Below, piece by piece: positions 41,001 to 60,261 of a stretch of DNA of 64,000 bases. Position numbers and translations under genes: made by a program. Under the pieces are notes generated by a model, which saw nothing but the letters and a program-made list of their open reading frames with translations, had not been told where the DNA came from and did not search any database. The stretch lies in contig CM000154.2 of NCBI GenBank assembly GCA_000004695.1, forward strand, positions 1,024,001 through 1,088,000, written 5' to 3'. The stretch comes from Dictyostelium discoideum (Eukaryota). Numbering within the stretch: position 1 is the first letter of the stretch; the number at the start of each line of letters is the position of its first letter.

Positions 41001-41149
41001 TCGATCCGATTAAAACATTAATTTTTATAAAGTCGCCGGTTCGATTCTGTGTAAAAAATTTTATATTGTTAGGTCACAGCTCTCTGATGAGAGACTCTGA
41101 GTCTTCCAAATATCATCAATACATTAACACCAACAAGCTAACGGCACCA

Positions 41150-41262
41150 TCAACACATTAACCCATTAACCCATCAACCCATTAACACATTAACATATCA
41201 ACACACCAACACATCAACACACTAACACATTAACGCATTAACACATTAACATCATCAAATAT
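41150..41262. repeat. Degenerate 9-bp tandem array (consensus ACATTAACN / CACATCAAC), unusually C-containing for this genome
   Basis: About 12 units read directly. Non-coding in all frames. Confidence 0.7.
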
Positions 41263-41299
41263 ATGAAAGAAATGGGTAAAATGATTTTATTTATTATGT

Positions 41300-44300
<3,001 letters not shown>

Positions 44301-45063
44301 ATCATTGAGTTGAAAATTACCATTGAAACCAAATTCAATAAATTCACTTTGATAATATGTTGGAAGCTGGCCACTTGATGTGAAACATTGTTGATTTAAA
44401 CCTTTATTAATCTTTGAAAAGTCATTTCTGTTTGTATCAAAATTTATTTATTTATTTGTTTATTTATTTATTTATTCATTCATTCATTTAATTATTTATT
44501 TGTTTGTTTGTTTAATAATTTATTACCCTTTGAAATTGAAACATGAAAATAAAAAAAAAAAATGGAATAAAAAAAAAAAAAAAAAAAAAAATGGAAAAAA
44601 AAAAATTTATTTGGAAAATAAAAAAAAAAATTCAAAAAACAGAATGATTACATTCATTTTTTTTAATTTTTATACCATTTTGTGTATTTTTGAGTGTTCT
44701 ATTTATCTATACTTAATTCAATTGTTTTGGTCTTTTCAATTTTCATTTTAGTTAACTTAATTATTAAATTTAAAATTGGTGTAAAATTCTTTTTTGTTTT
44801 TTTTTTTTTTTTTTTTTTTTAATTTTCATTTTATTTTTTTAATTTTTTTTTTTTTTTTTATTTTTCATTTTATTTTATTTTTTTTATTTTTTTATTTTTC
44901 ACAACCCTGAGTTTCCTTCGCTGGAAAATTATCAAATTATTTGTGTGTGTTTTTAATTGTATAATATATGGTAGGATAGTGTGAATTTTTTTTTTTTAAT
45001 ATAAAATAAGATACAGAAAAAAAAATAATAAAAAAAAAAAAATAAAAATAAAAACCATCACAA

Positions 45064-45136
45064 ATGAATAATAGTAGCAACAATGTCAATCCAAAAATAA
45101 ATTATAGTGGCGATAATCTAATCAAACCCGATATTG

Positions 45137-45213
<77 letters not shown>

Positions 45214-45284
45214 GATACCACTGGTCTCGTTGATAATGATGGTAAATTTAATATAATGAAAGAATTGGAATTTGAAGATTCATC

Positions 45285-45315
<31 letters not shown>

Positions 45316-46185
45316 GCAACAGCAATAACAACAACAACAGAGGGTAGTAATAATAGTAATCAAAATAGTAATAGTAATTTTAATAAAACTTCACCAACTT
45401 TATTATCACCCAAATATTCTAACGATTCAACAATTAATAGTCCGAGAAGTATTGACAACAATCCAAATAAATCACCAAAAGAATCAAATAATAAAAATAC
45501 AAGTTTATTCTCGACATTAGGTGATTCATTATCTTCATTATTTAGAGGTAATAATAACAATAACAATAACAATAACAACAACAACAATAATAATAGTAAT
45601 AATAACAATAGCAATAATAGTGTAAATAATAATAATAATAATAATAATATAAGAAATCCTTATGGGCCAGCATTTTCACCTGTAATGTCACCAATTCAAT
45701 CGCCACAATCATCACAAAGATTTAATCATACAAGTTCAAATAGTAATAGCATAAGTGGTATTAATGGATATTATAATGATAATAGTTTGAATGGAGGAGG
45801 TGGTGGTGGTGGTGGAGGGGGAGGTGGCGGTGGTGGAACACCATTTGGTACTGCTAACAGTACTTTGAAATTAGCAACACCTGGTGGTGAAAATACAATA
45901 TCACCACAAACATCTTTACATTATAGTCATGGATTTATGAATGCGCCAGTAATTGATGATTTTATAGTTTTATCAGAATTTAGTGAACAAGCTGGACCAA
46001 TAGCGTTGAATTTAGTACCAACAGAATTCCATTTTGGTATGTTGGATTTCGATTTATCAAAATATGTTGTCAAAGTGATGTCAGTAGATTTTCAAAATAA
46101 AACAAATGATTTAAAAACTTATACAAAAGATTCTCAAATGTTTTTCACTTTACCTTCAAATTATAGAAGTGAAATTTATGCCTAT
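45064..46185 (+). CDS. SMCR8-like (C9orf72-SMCR8 complex DENN-family) gene exon 1
   Basis: DDFIVLSEFSEQAGPIALNLVPTEFHFGMLDFDLSKYVVKVMSVDFQ matches human SMCR8 DFILIAEFSEQVGPQPLLTIPNDTKVFGTFDLNYFSLRIMSVDYQ. Donor GTAAAT follows EIYAY. Confidence 0.8.
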
Positions 46186-46263
46186 GTAAATACAAATTTT
46201 TTTTTTTTTTTCTCTCTCTATAAAATTATTTATTCATATTAATACTTTTACTTAATATAAAAG

Positions 46264-47230
46264 GTTCATCACTTTTCATTATTTGATATAAACGCTCGTG
46301 GTTATGTTAGACCATGTGTAATAAGTTATATTACAAAGAATCCATACAAGGTTATTAAATATTTCGATAAATTTATTCAACAATTTAATCATTTAACTTC
46401 AGTTTTAAAACAAAAGAATCATGTTTTATTTGAAGTAGAATATAAACAACGTCAAAAAGATTTAGAATTTACATATATTCATTATAAAAAAGAAAAAGAA
46501 AAAGAAAAAGAAAGAGAAAAAGAAAAAGAAAGAGAAAAAGAAAATGAAAATGAAAATGAAAATGAAAATGAAAATGAAAATGAAAATGGAAATGAAAATG
46601 AAAATGAAAATGAAAATGAAAATGAAAATGAAAATGAAAATGAAAATGAAAATGGAAATGAAAATGGAAATGAAAATGGAAATGGAAAAGAAAATGGAAA
46701 TGGAAAGGAACAAGAAACAAAAGAAATAAAGGATGAAGAAGAAACAAAAGATAAAACTAATCCTTTATCAAAATCAGGTGAAATGGAAAATATTAACAGT
46801 TACTCCGATCAAGATGATAATAATAATAATAAAGAGGAATTTACAAATTCATATGGTGATTATTATGAAGAATATGATATTTTTTCATCTGTCAATGACG
46901 CACTATGTGAATTACAATCAATTGAGTTGTTATTTGAAAATGAAAGAAAGATACAATCGGCACCAAATTATAGGGAGAAACCAATACCACCACATTTGGA
47001 ATCTTCTATGGGCACCATTTATTTTTCAGATACAGTTTTACTTAGTACAGAACCAAAATTAATCGATACTCTAAATAAAACAGGTCATTTAGATAAACCA
47101 TTAAGACATATCAGTGAATTATGTCCTGATGTTTTCGAAAAATTCCTTCATAAACTTGAGCAATCCTATAAATATTTCTCAAGATCACCACTTCAAATGG
47201 AATTTGATATTCTAGATCCACAAGTTTTAA
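46264..47230 (+). CDS. SMCR8-like exon 2
   Basis: VHHFSLFDINARGYVRPCVISYITKNPYKVIKYFDKFIQQF matches SMCR8 [26 protein letters not shown]. Contains a coding (GAAAAT)n array giving (EN)n. Donor A|GTATGA is in phase 1. Confidence 0.8.
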
Positions 47231-47347
47231 GTATGATCACACAAAATATATATATATATATAATATAATATTATCAAGATCTTTTATTTAATATTAATAT
47301 TAACTTTTTTAAAAAAAAATAAATAATAATAATAATAATTTAATTAG

Positions 47348-47576
47348 CTCCACCTTCATTATTATTAACAATAGGTCAAACTTCAATTTTAAATTTTTCA
47401 TTTGAATCAGAGAAAAAGAATAGTAATTCAAGACCATCACAATTAAAGGATACTCAAAAAATTAACAAATCTCATAATAAAAATATTACTAAAGCATCAT
47501 CATCCCAACATAACTCATTAAGTTCATATTCTTCTGATCCAAGCTCTTATTTATCTGTTTATTCCTCAAATTCATT
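47348..47576 (+). CDS. SMCR8-like exon 3 (Ser-rich linker)
   Basis: Acceptor TTAATTAG. Only the donor TT|GTATGT at 47577 gives the phase 2 required by every downstream AG. Confidence 0.55.
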
Positions 47577-47678
47577 GTATGTAAATTTAATTTTTTTTTT
47601 ATTTTGATTATTCCTTAGTTATTAACTCTTTGAATTCTTTTTTTATTTTTTATTTTTTTTATTACTACTTTTATAAAG

Positions 47679-48317
<639 letters not shown>

Positions 48318-48355
48318 GTATGTATTTTTTTTTTTTTTTTTTTTTTTATTATTAA

Positions 48356-48388
<33 letters not shown>

Positions 48389-48421
48389 CTTTTCTAATCT
48401 CTATTTAATTTTAATAAATAG

Positions 48422-48602
48422 ATTAATTATTTCAATGACATATGCACTTAGTATTTTTGTAGTTGGTCTAACTACAAAGTCAAAGATTGCATTTGATCCA
48501 TGGAAAACTTCACCACTAACACTTTCAGATCTTTCCTCATTGAAATTAATTGGTATGCCTAAAGTATTATCAAAATCTCCATTAATCCCAATTAATGTTG
48601 CT
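48422..48602 (+). CDS. SMCR8-like exon 5
   Basis: Acceptor AAATAG. ALSIFVVGLTTKSKIAFDPWKT matches SMCR8 ALAIFVPSYGCYAKPVKHW. Donor GTATGT. Confidence 0.75.
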
Positions 48603-48699
48603 GTATGTATTATTCTTTTTTTTTTTTTTTATTTAAATTTTATTTTAATTTTATTTTATTTTATTAACTATTTTAATTTTTTTATTTAAAAAAAAATAG

Positions 48700-49905
<1,206 letters not shown>

Positions 49906-49951
49906 AAACAAACTTATATTTAATCTTTATTTTTTTTTTTTATTTTTTTTT

Positions 49952-50083
49952 TTATTGTTTTTTAAAATAGTTTCCAATTGGAGGTTTGACATCTTGATTC
50001 ATTGGACCATGACCAGTGATGAATGGATCCAACCAAACACTATCTCCAACTGTGAGTAATGGAACTAAACGCAAATTGGCTTT
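49952..50083 (-). CDS. Possible terminal exon of an unidentified small minus-strand gene (KANLRLVPLLTVGDSVWLDPFITGHGPMNQDVKPPIGNYFKKQ*)
   Basis: GC-richer 132-nt open segment immediately preceded by acceptor CAATTAG. No convincing upstream exon was found. A 9-nt ATGATATTG|GTTATT candidate at 50180-50188 is weak. Confidence 0.2.
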   Translation of the reverse strand, partial: KANLRLVPLLTVGDSVWLDPFITGHGPMNQDVKPPIGNYFKKQ

Positions 50084-50637
50084 CTAATTGGTAAAAACAA
50101 ATAAATAATGAACCTGTTATTAATATATTATTTTGTGGAAAAATTTATACAAAATAAATAAAAAAAAAAAAAAAATAACCAATATCATTGGTTTTCCTTA
50201 TAGTTGGGGAAAAAAAAAAAAAAATAATAAAAAAATAAAAAAAATTAAAAAAAATTCAATGCACCACACAACATCAATGTTTTTTAATTAAGAATATTTT
50301 TTTTTTTTTTTTTATTAAAATAATAATTAAATAAAAAAATAAAAATATTAATTAATTCTTTTTTTTTTTTATTTCACACCTTGACAAAGAATTTCTTATA
50401 AAAAACAAATTAAAAACTAATTTTGAATATTCATAAAAAGTTGAGCAGATATTTATTGTTATTATTTGAAAAAATTTTATTATAAAAAAAAAAAGAGGGG
50501 TACCCCCCCTCTTTGATCAATATCAATTTCAGAGTTTAAAAAAAAAAAACAAAAGGAATTTCAATTTCTTGAATTAAAAAAAAAAAAGGTGATCAATATG
50601 CTTCACTTAAAAGAAAAAAAAGTGATCATCAGCTCCC

Positions 50638-50708
<71 letters not shown>

Positions 50709-51772
50709 AAAAAAACCAAAATTGAAAAAAAAAATTGAAAAAAAAAAAAAAACCAAATTAAAAAAATGAAAAAAAACCACCACTTTTTTTTGAATAAAAA
50801 TTTATTTTTTTTTGATTTAAATATGTTGATGTCAACCTTAATTTTTGCAAACAGTAGAAAATAGCGATGTCGCGTGATGAAATTTATTTTTAATTTTTTT
50901 TTTTTTTTTATTTTATTATTATTTTTTTTTTTTAAAATAAAAATTTATTCAAGATTTTTTACACATTATTTAAAAGAAGACACCACCACAAATAATAACC
51001 ATTATTATATATATTAATATATTAATTTTATTTTTTTTAATTTTTTATTTTCAATTTTTTTTTTAATTTATCCATAAAACTTGATCAATAACAAAAAATT
51101 TTTTTTTTTTTTCTTTTTTTTCTTTTGGTCCACCTGTGCCACAGGTATAATTTCATAAGAAAGAAACATTTTAACTTTTCTAAATTTAATTTTTTTAATT
51201 TTTTTTAATTTTTTTTTTAATTTTTGCCTGCTCTTTCAATACCATTTTTAATTTTTTATATGCTGTTCTCTAATCTTACTCAACAATAATCAAAAAAAAA
51301 AAAAAAAAAAAACAAAAACAAAAAGGTATGTATCACACAAAGTTTTAATTTCCTAAAAAAAAAAAAAGTTTTATTTTTTATTTTTATTTTTTTTTCCAAT
51401 TTTCTATACAATTTTTTTTTTTATTTTTATTTTTGCAATACGTATCGATATTGTTCGCTGTAAAAAGGGTCCGTGTCCATTTATGTGAAAGGTTGTCAAA
51501 CCAAAAAAAGTTTCAATTTTTTAAAATAATTTAAATCGTTTTTAATTTTTTATTGTGATGCCATAGATATTATATCATTTTGATTATTATTTTGAGTGTG
51601 ATAATATTTTTAAAATAATAATAAAAATTAATATTGATAACAATAATTATTATTATTTTTATTATTATTATTTTAAATTTAATTTTATAATTTTAATTTT
51701 TTTAATTTTTTATTTTAATTTTTTTTTTTTTTTGAAAAGAAAAATTATTATATACTATGTGTAAAAAATTGT

Positions 51773-51811
<39 letters not shown>

Positions 51812-51814
51812 CCT

Positions 51815-51850
<36 letters not shown>

Positions 51851-51956
51851 CCTCTTTATATAGTATTTTTGACCATATAAATATATAACCTTCACAAAAA
51901 AAGGAAGAAAGAATAAGAATTGTTTTAATTTTTTTTTTTTTTTTTTTTTTTTGATA

Positions 51957-51997
<41 letters not shown>

Positions 51998-52035
51998 AAA
52001 TTAATAATAATAATAATAAAAAAATAAAAATAAAA

Positions 52036-52070
<35 letters not shown>

Positions 52071-52262
52071 TAAAATAAAATAAAAATAATTGTTTAACAA
52101 TAAAAAATAATTATTTGAATAACTATAGTTTTAATTATATATTCATATAATAAATATATATATTAATTATTTTATTTTTTATTTTTTAATTTTAGATTTA
52201 TTTTTTTTTAATATTTTTTTTTTAGTTAATTATTTTTTTTTTAATATATAAATAAAATTTGG

Positions 52263-52445
52263 ATGTTAATTAAAGATATTCTAAAAAGAAAATACCGTTA
52301 TGGAAAGTTGATAAGAAAGAAGATGAATAGAAATTACCATAATGAAAAAATTAATAATTTCGAAAATGATCCTAATAATAATAATAGCATCAACAACTTC
52401 GTAAATAACAATTTCAACAACAGCTCCAACAACAATAGCAATAGC

Positions 52446-52478
<33 letters not shown>

Positions 52479-52649
52479 AGCAGCAATAGCCACAGTAGTA
52501 ATAATAATTCCAGTTTTTTAATGAACCAATATGATTTTGAAAATAATGGTAATAAAAATAATTTAGAAAGTAATTTGAAAAAAAATAATAGTAGCCCTAA
52601 TATTAATAATTTTTTAAACAAACAAGGTTTTAACAACGATCTTTTAGAG

Positions 52650-52724
<75 letters not shown>

Positions 52725-52781
52725 CAAAATAATATTAATAATATTAATAATAATAATAATAATAGTATTAATACTGATATA

Positions 52782-52833
<52 letters not shown>

Positions 52834-53261
52834 GTAGTAGTGGTAGTAGTAATAATAATATAAGCCCGAATAGAGGAAATAGATTACTAATCAAATCACT
52901 TAAAAGTAAAAATATTGGAAATGGGGGAAAATTGAATAAAAATTATGGTGGGGGAAAAAATAATGGAGATCCAGCAACTGAAAACGATAATGATAATGAT
53001 AGTGATAATGGAATTAATGTATTTAATTTTAATCAATCTCCAATCACCAATTCATTAATGAATTATTCACCCATTTTCTCTCCAAATAGTAATAATAGCA
53101 CAAACAATGGTAGTGGTAGTAATAGTAATAATAGCCCAAACAATAGTAGTGGAAGTGGAGGAACTAATATTAGTCCAAGTAGTCTATTCAATTTAACCAA
53201 TACTACAGCTACTACTACCACTACAGCTACTACTTCAACTACTACTAATAATAATAATATA

Positions 53262-53294
<33 letters not shown>

Positions 53295-54549
53295 ACTACT
53301 ACTACAAGTAATATTTTGACCGAAAATAATAGTGGAAGTGGAGTTTTAAATGGAAATGGGAGTGGAAATAGTGTTAGTCCGAATAATAGAAAAAATGGGT
53401 TTCAGTCACCAATCGAATTAAATTCATCATCATCATCATCGTCACAATCATCACCAAATTCCAAAAATAAAATCACAAACAACAATAATTCCATCAATAA
53501 TAATAATAATTCAACATCAGGTACACCATCATCTACAAATACAACACCTTCATCCCAAGTTAATCGAGTTGGAAATAACGGTCAAGTTATTGAAGTTATT
53601 TCATCACCGTCTCCTCCAAAGGATGGAAAGCAGCCATCGACATTATCAAATTCAACGACAACTACAGCCACATCATCATCATCATCATCAACGACATTAT
53701 CGACGACTACAACCACTACCACAACAGCAAATGCTACAAATAATTCGGCTGCCAGTATTTCCAATAATAGTAATACTAACAATGGAAATGGAAATGGTAG
53801 TAGTAATAGCAATAGTAGTAGTGGTGGCTCTCCGCCTTCAGGTCCAACAGTTGTAAAGCCAAAGCCAAAGCCAAATAGATCACCAAGCTCACTAGCAAGA
53901 AGAAGGGAACAACATCGTGAACATGAAAGACAGAGAAGACTAAAACAAAAACAACTCCTCTCCTCTGCCCAAGACCTAAGACAAGAGAATGCCAACCTAT
54001 TATTTACCAACACTCAGTTAAGCCAAGATCTCCAAAATATTCAACAAAACTTTAAAGAGTTGCACCAATCCCACCAAAATCTAGTTAACACCGTCAATTT
54101 ACTCTCCTACGAAAATCAACAGTTGAAAAAAGAGTTGGAATGCATTCAATCCACCTTGTTTCCACTTTTTCATCAAAATAACTCGTATCAATACATTAGT
54201 CAATTACCTCATCAACAAGTTCAAATTCAAGGAATGCAACAATCTCAAATGGATCATCTATCGAAACATAACGATCATCAACATCAACAACAACACCAAC
54301 AACACCAACAAAACCAGCACCATCAACACCAACAACAACAACAGCAACAACAAATCCAACTCCAACAACAACTCCAAAACTCAAACTATATGCACGATAG
54401 CTTCAATCAATCAAGAACTAATAATCAACCAAACTTTTTAAACAACTATAATAACTCTAAAAACAATTACAATACTAATAATAATAATAATAATAATAAC
54501 AATAATAGTAATAATAATAGTAATAATAATAATAATATTAATAATAATA

Positions 54550-54626
<77 letters not shown>

Positions 54627-54650
54627 CATAATAATAATAACAATAATAAC

Positions 54651-54683
<33 letters not shown>

Positions 54684-54684
54684 C

Positions 54685-54736
<52 letters not shown>

Positions 54737-54800
54737 TAATAATAGTAATAATAATAATAATAATAATAACAGTAATAATAATAATAATAATAATATTAAC

Positions 54801-54843
<43 letters not shown>

Positions 54844-55112
54844 TTAATAATAATAATAATATTAATAATAATTTTATTCAAAATAATAATAACTCAACCA
54901 CAGGAGGAAATAATAGTGGCAATAATGGTGTAACAAATAAATTAAATGAATTTCAACAAAGTAGAGTTCAGACAAATCTTGATCAAAATCAAATGCACCA
55001 TCAAATCCAATATCAAAACCAATACTATACTCAATATCCTCAACAACAAAATCAAACTCAACAACAACCACAACAAACACTCATTCAACAAAATCAACTT
55101 TATCAAAATTAA
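52263..55112 (+). CDS. bZIP transcription factor (basic region RRREQHREHERQRRLKQK plus leucine zipper) embedded in long poly-Asn/Gln/Ser/Thr regions
   Basis: 949-codon single ORF from a true ATG. Basic-region and zipper block at about 53880-54160 (SLARRREQHREHERQRRLKQKQLLSSAQDLRQENANLLFTNTQLSQDLQNIQ). Confidence 0.6.
54440..54885. repeat. (AAT)n coding microsatellite (poly-Asn) inside the bZIP gene
   Basis: About 440 bp of near-perfect AAT repeats. Confidence 0.9.
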
Positions 55113-55983
55113 ATTTTAATCATTATTTTATTTTTTTTTCACTATCAATATTTGGAGATGGAAAAAAGAAAAAAGCAAAAAGCAAAAAAAAAAGAACGCC
55201 AACAATGCCAACAAAATAAAGTCAACATTTCAAGCAGAAATCGACCAAAGAGTCCATTTTCTTTTTTTTTTTTTTTATTTCTTCTTTTTTCCTTCTCTCT
55301 TTTTTTTTCCTCAACTTGTACAGATATAAAAAATTTAAATCAATTTTTTTTTTTTTATTTTTTTTTTTTATACAACTATCTTGATATTAAACAATTAATA
55401 AATTAATTATATTTCAAGAAATTGAAAATTAAGGTTTTTCAGTTTCGATAATTTAAATATTTATTTATACTAATTTATTAATTTATTTATTTATAAATAT
55501 ATATATATATATATTTTTTTTTTTTAATTATTTATTATTTCATTGTATAAATATAAATAAAAATAAAAATATATTATTTATTTATTTTTTATTTATTTAT
55601 CTGTTTATTTATTAATTAGTTTTTTATTTATTTATTTATTTATTTCATTGTATTTATTTTTTTTTTTCTTTTTTTTTTTTTTTTTATTTATTTATTTATT
55701 TATTTCATTATTTGAATATTAAGTTTGGCCAGACATAAAAATTTCAGTATGAAAAGTAATTTTATTCGTCACTGGTCAATTGATCCTCTTTTTATTTTTT
55801 ATTTATTTATTTATTTCATTATTTTTTTTTTTTTTTTTTTTTTATTAATAATTTTTTTTATTAACAATTTTTTTTTATTTTTTTATTTAATTTTTTTTTT
55901 TTTTCAATTTCAAAATTTAATTTAAAAAAAAAACAATTGCCCACAAAAAACATTAATTAATTTTCTTATCAAAAATAAAAAAA

Positions 55984-56083
55984 ATGGAATCAAAAAAAGA
56001 ACAACAAATTTATGAAGTTACTGCTGAAGTAGATATTTCAATTATTAATGAATGGGAAAATTGGATTGTTGAACATGTCAGAG
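55984..56083 (+). CDS. Small (about 132 aa) hypothetical protein exon 1
   Basis: ATG at 55984. MESKKEQQIYEVTAEVDISIINEWENWIVEHVR. Donor G|GTAAAA is in phase 1. Confidence 0.5.
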
Positions 56084-56124
56084 GTAAAAAAAAAAAAAAA
56101 AATAAAAATAAAATAAAATAAAAA

Positions 56125-56157
<33 letters not shown>

Positions 56158-56200
56158 TAATAATAATATTTTTTATATTTATTTTTTTATTACAATTTAG

Positions 56201-56499
56201 AAATTGTTGCTTTGGATGATGGCAATATATTCTCAAAAGGTGTAATTAATAGATTAAATAACTCACTCTTAGGATCACTTCCAGATGAGAAATCAACAAC
56301 AACAACTTCAACCTATGTAATGCAATACACCGCAGTCAATGAAACTTCAATTACAACCTACATTCAAAAATATGCACCAACTTTAAGAAAAGCTGTGCCT
56401 GCATTTGCTGATAAAATAAAAACATCAAGAAGAATTTTGGTGGAATATAAAACAATTAGCAACCCACCACAAACCAAAAACTTTGGTTATGTATTTTAA
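56201..56499 (+). CDS. Small hypothetical protein exon 2, includes stop
   Basis: Acceptor CAATTTAG at 56199-56200 restores the frame (EIVALDDGNIFSKG...NFGYVF*). 117-nt AT-rich intron. Confidence 0.5.
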
Positions 56500-56695
56500 A
56501 TTAATTAAAATAAAATAAAAAAAAAAGAATAACATTCAAATAATTGGTTTTGTTTTATTTTTTATTTTTTTTTATTTTTTTTATTTTTAAATGATGCTGA
56601 AGTAATAGGTATTGAATGACGAGGTGATGAGGGTGGTGTTGAGTGGTTCATTGGTGGTTGATTAATTAAATAAAATTGTTGTAGTAATTGTGTTG

Positions 56696-56746
<51 letters not shown>

Positions 56747-57096
56747 TATTAAATTGAGTTTTTCAAAACAAATAATCATAATATATTATTATTTTGGGTA
56801 TTGAACAAGAAAAAAGAACACCATTTTTATTTTTCCTTTTTTAATATTTTTGTTTTAATAATCCAATTTTTAAAAAATTAAAAAATAGTATCAAAAATGG
56901 GAATTAAAGATCCATTTATTATAAAAACACATTTTTAAGAAAGAATATATATATACAATACATTTATTTTAAAATGTGTATCTAAAAAATTTTTAATTAT
57001 ATAAAAAATGTTTTTAGTATGTATTTTTTTTTTTTATTATTTTTTATATATTATTATTATTTTTTTTTTTATTATTTTTTGATATTATTAATCAAA

Positions 57097-58226
<1,130 letters not shown>

Positions 58227-58631
58227 CAATACCAAATAAAAAAATAATATCGATTTAAACTATCATAACAATAAATTTTATTTATTTTTTATATTTTTTT
58301 TAATTTGTGGAAATTGTCCACCTTCAAATACAATTGGTTCATGGCCTGGACCTTCTGGAAACACATTATGTAATTTTGTATATTCATTAAATTTGTTTGA
58401 CACCCAAAGAGTCTTTTATATTTCTAAATAGTGCCAAATATATAAAAAAAAAAAAAATATCAAATTATAATACCAAATCAATATATAATTCTTAGGAATA
58501 AAGAAAAAAAATTGCTCAAATTATAATACCAAATCAATATAAAATTCTTTGGAATAAAAAAAAAAAAAAAAAAATTTTAATAAAGAAAAAAAAAAAAAAG
58601 TATATTATATATATTTATTAAAACATTTATT

Positions 58632-59055
58632 TTAAGAGATGTAACTATATTCGCTCTCTTTCATTTGTCTTGATAAATAATCTTCATTATACCTTGAGAA
58701 ACATTGGTATTGTTCGATTAATTTCTCCTTTACAATTTTTTCATACTCTTGTTTAAGATTTTCCTCGTTTTGTTTAACTGCCTTCTTTACAATTTCTTCG
58801 ACTTCGGCTAAAGTAAAGAGTTTTTGTTGTTGTTGTTGTTGTGGTTGTGGTTGTTGGAAATTAAATGTATTTGTATTGTTCATGTTTGCTTGTATATTGT
58901 TATTGGTATTAATATTATTATTATTATTATTGTTATTATTATTATTATTTATTCTTGTATGTGGTTCTTTATTTTTAATATTATCTAAAATTTGATCAAG
59001 AGGTGATTGTACTTCATTAAAAAATTGATATTCTGATCTAGTTCTTTGTTGTTGC

Positions 59056-59092
<37 letters not shown>

Positions 59093-59264
59093 GATATCTA
59101 AATCTTTTGGCTTGTCCGTCGTAATCGTTATCAAATGTAGGAGTGGATCTAATAGATGGGCAAGGGGAATGAGTATTTGTTGAACCAATATTGTTGTTAT
59201 TGGTATTATTATTATTATTGTTATTATCACTATAGGAGTCGAAATTTCTTTTAAGTTTTAACAT
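58632..59264 (-). CDS. Akirin homologue (nuclear NF-kB/transcription cofactor family)
   Basis: The C-terminus LFTLAEVEEIVKKAVKQNEENLKQEYEKIVKEKLIEQYQCFSRYNEDYLSRQMKESEYSYIS matches Akirin2 [62 protein letters not shown]. N-terminal LKLKRN NLS-like motif. Internal poly-Q/N. Confidence 0.75.
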
Positions 59265-59341
59265 TTTATAAAAAGAGTGAATATATTTAAAGTTTATTAT
59301 ATTTGATAATGGTGAAATTGTTATTTAATGATAATATATGT

Positions 59342-59436
<95 letters not shown>

Positions 59437-59991
59437 TTATTTTTTTTTTTTTGTTGTAAATACAACAGATTTTTTTTATATTTTTTTATTTATTTATTAT
59501 TATTGTAAAATCGTAAATTGAAAAAAAAAATTAAATGATATATAGTTTTATAATAAATATTATTAACAAAAATTTATTATAATTTGTTTTGAAAAGTTGG
59601 TGGTACAAAAAAAAAAAAAATTAAATTAAAAAAAAAAAAAAAAATTTTTAAATTTATATAAAAAAAAAAAAAAAAAAGAAAAAAAAAAATAAAAAAAATT
59701 AAAAAAAAATAAAAATTAAAAAAAATAAAAATTAAAAAAAAAATAAAAATAAAAATAAAAATAAAAAATATTCCAAAAAATAAAGAAATAAAAAAACGAA
59801 ATTAATTAACCGTTGAAAAATTATTTAGTCAAAAAAAAAAAAAAAAAAGTAGGAATGCAAAAAAAGTTAACTTTTATTTTATATTAGGAAATTTTGATTA
59901 TTGATTCTTTTATTTTTTTTTTTTTTTTATTATTTTTACCTTTTTTTATATTATTTTATTTTATTTTATTTTATTTTATTTATTTATCTAT

Positions 59992-60034
<43 letters not shown>

Positions 60035-60261
60035 TTATTTATTTATTTATTTATTTGGAAATTTTGATTATTGATTCTTTTATTTAAATTTATAATTATT
60101 ATTATTTTTTTTTTTGAAGAAATTCTAACAGGGTATCAAAAAAAAAAAAAAAAACCAAAATTTAAAAACTTATTTTTTTTTAATATTTTCATTTTCATTT
60201 TTAATTTTATTTTTTTTTCAATTCACTGACACAAAAAAAAAAAAAAAAAAAAAAAACCCAA

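Noticed and set aside
41025-41045. A tRNA gene
   Set aside because: Only the T-loop consensus is present, with no complementary T-stem, D-arm or anticodon arm. Reported as a remnant, not a feature.
50175-50190. A 9-nt first exon (ATGATATTG) for the terminal exon at 49952-50083
   Set aside because: The donor GTTATT is weak and the exon is too short to support. Left as speculation.
52281-54881. Minus-strand ORFs of poly-L, poly-V and poly-I
   Set aside because: Antisense of (AAT)n/(CAA)n coding microsatellites inside the bZIP gene.
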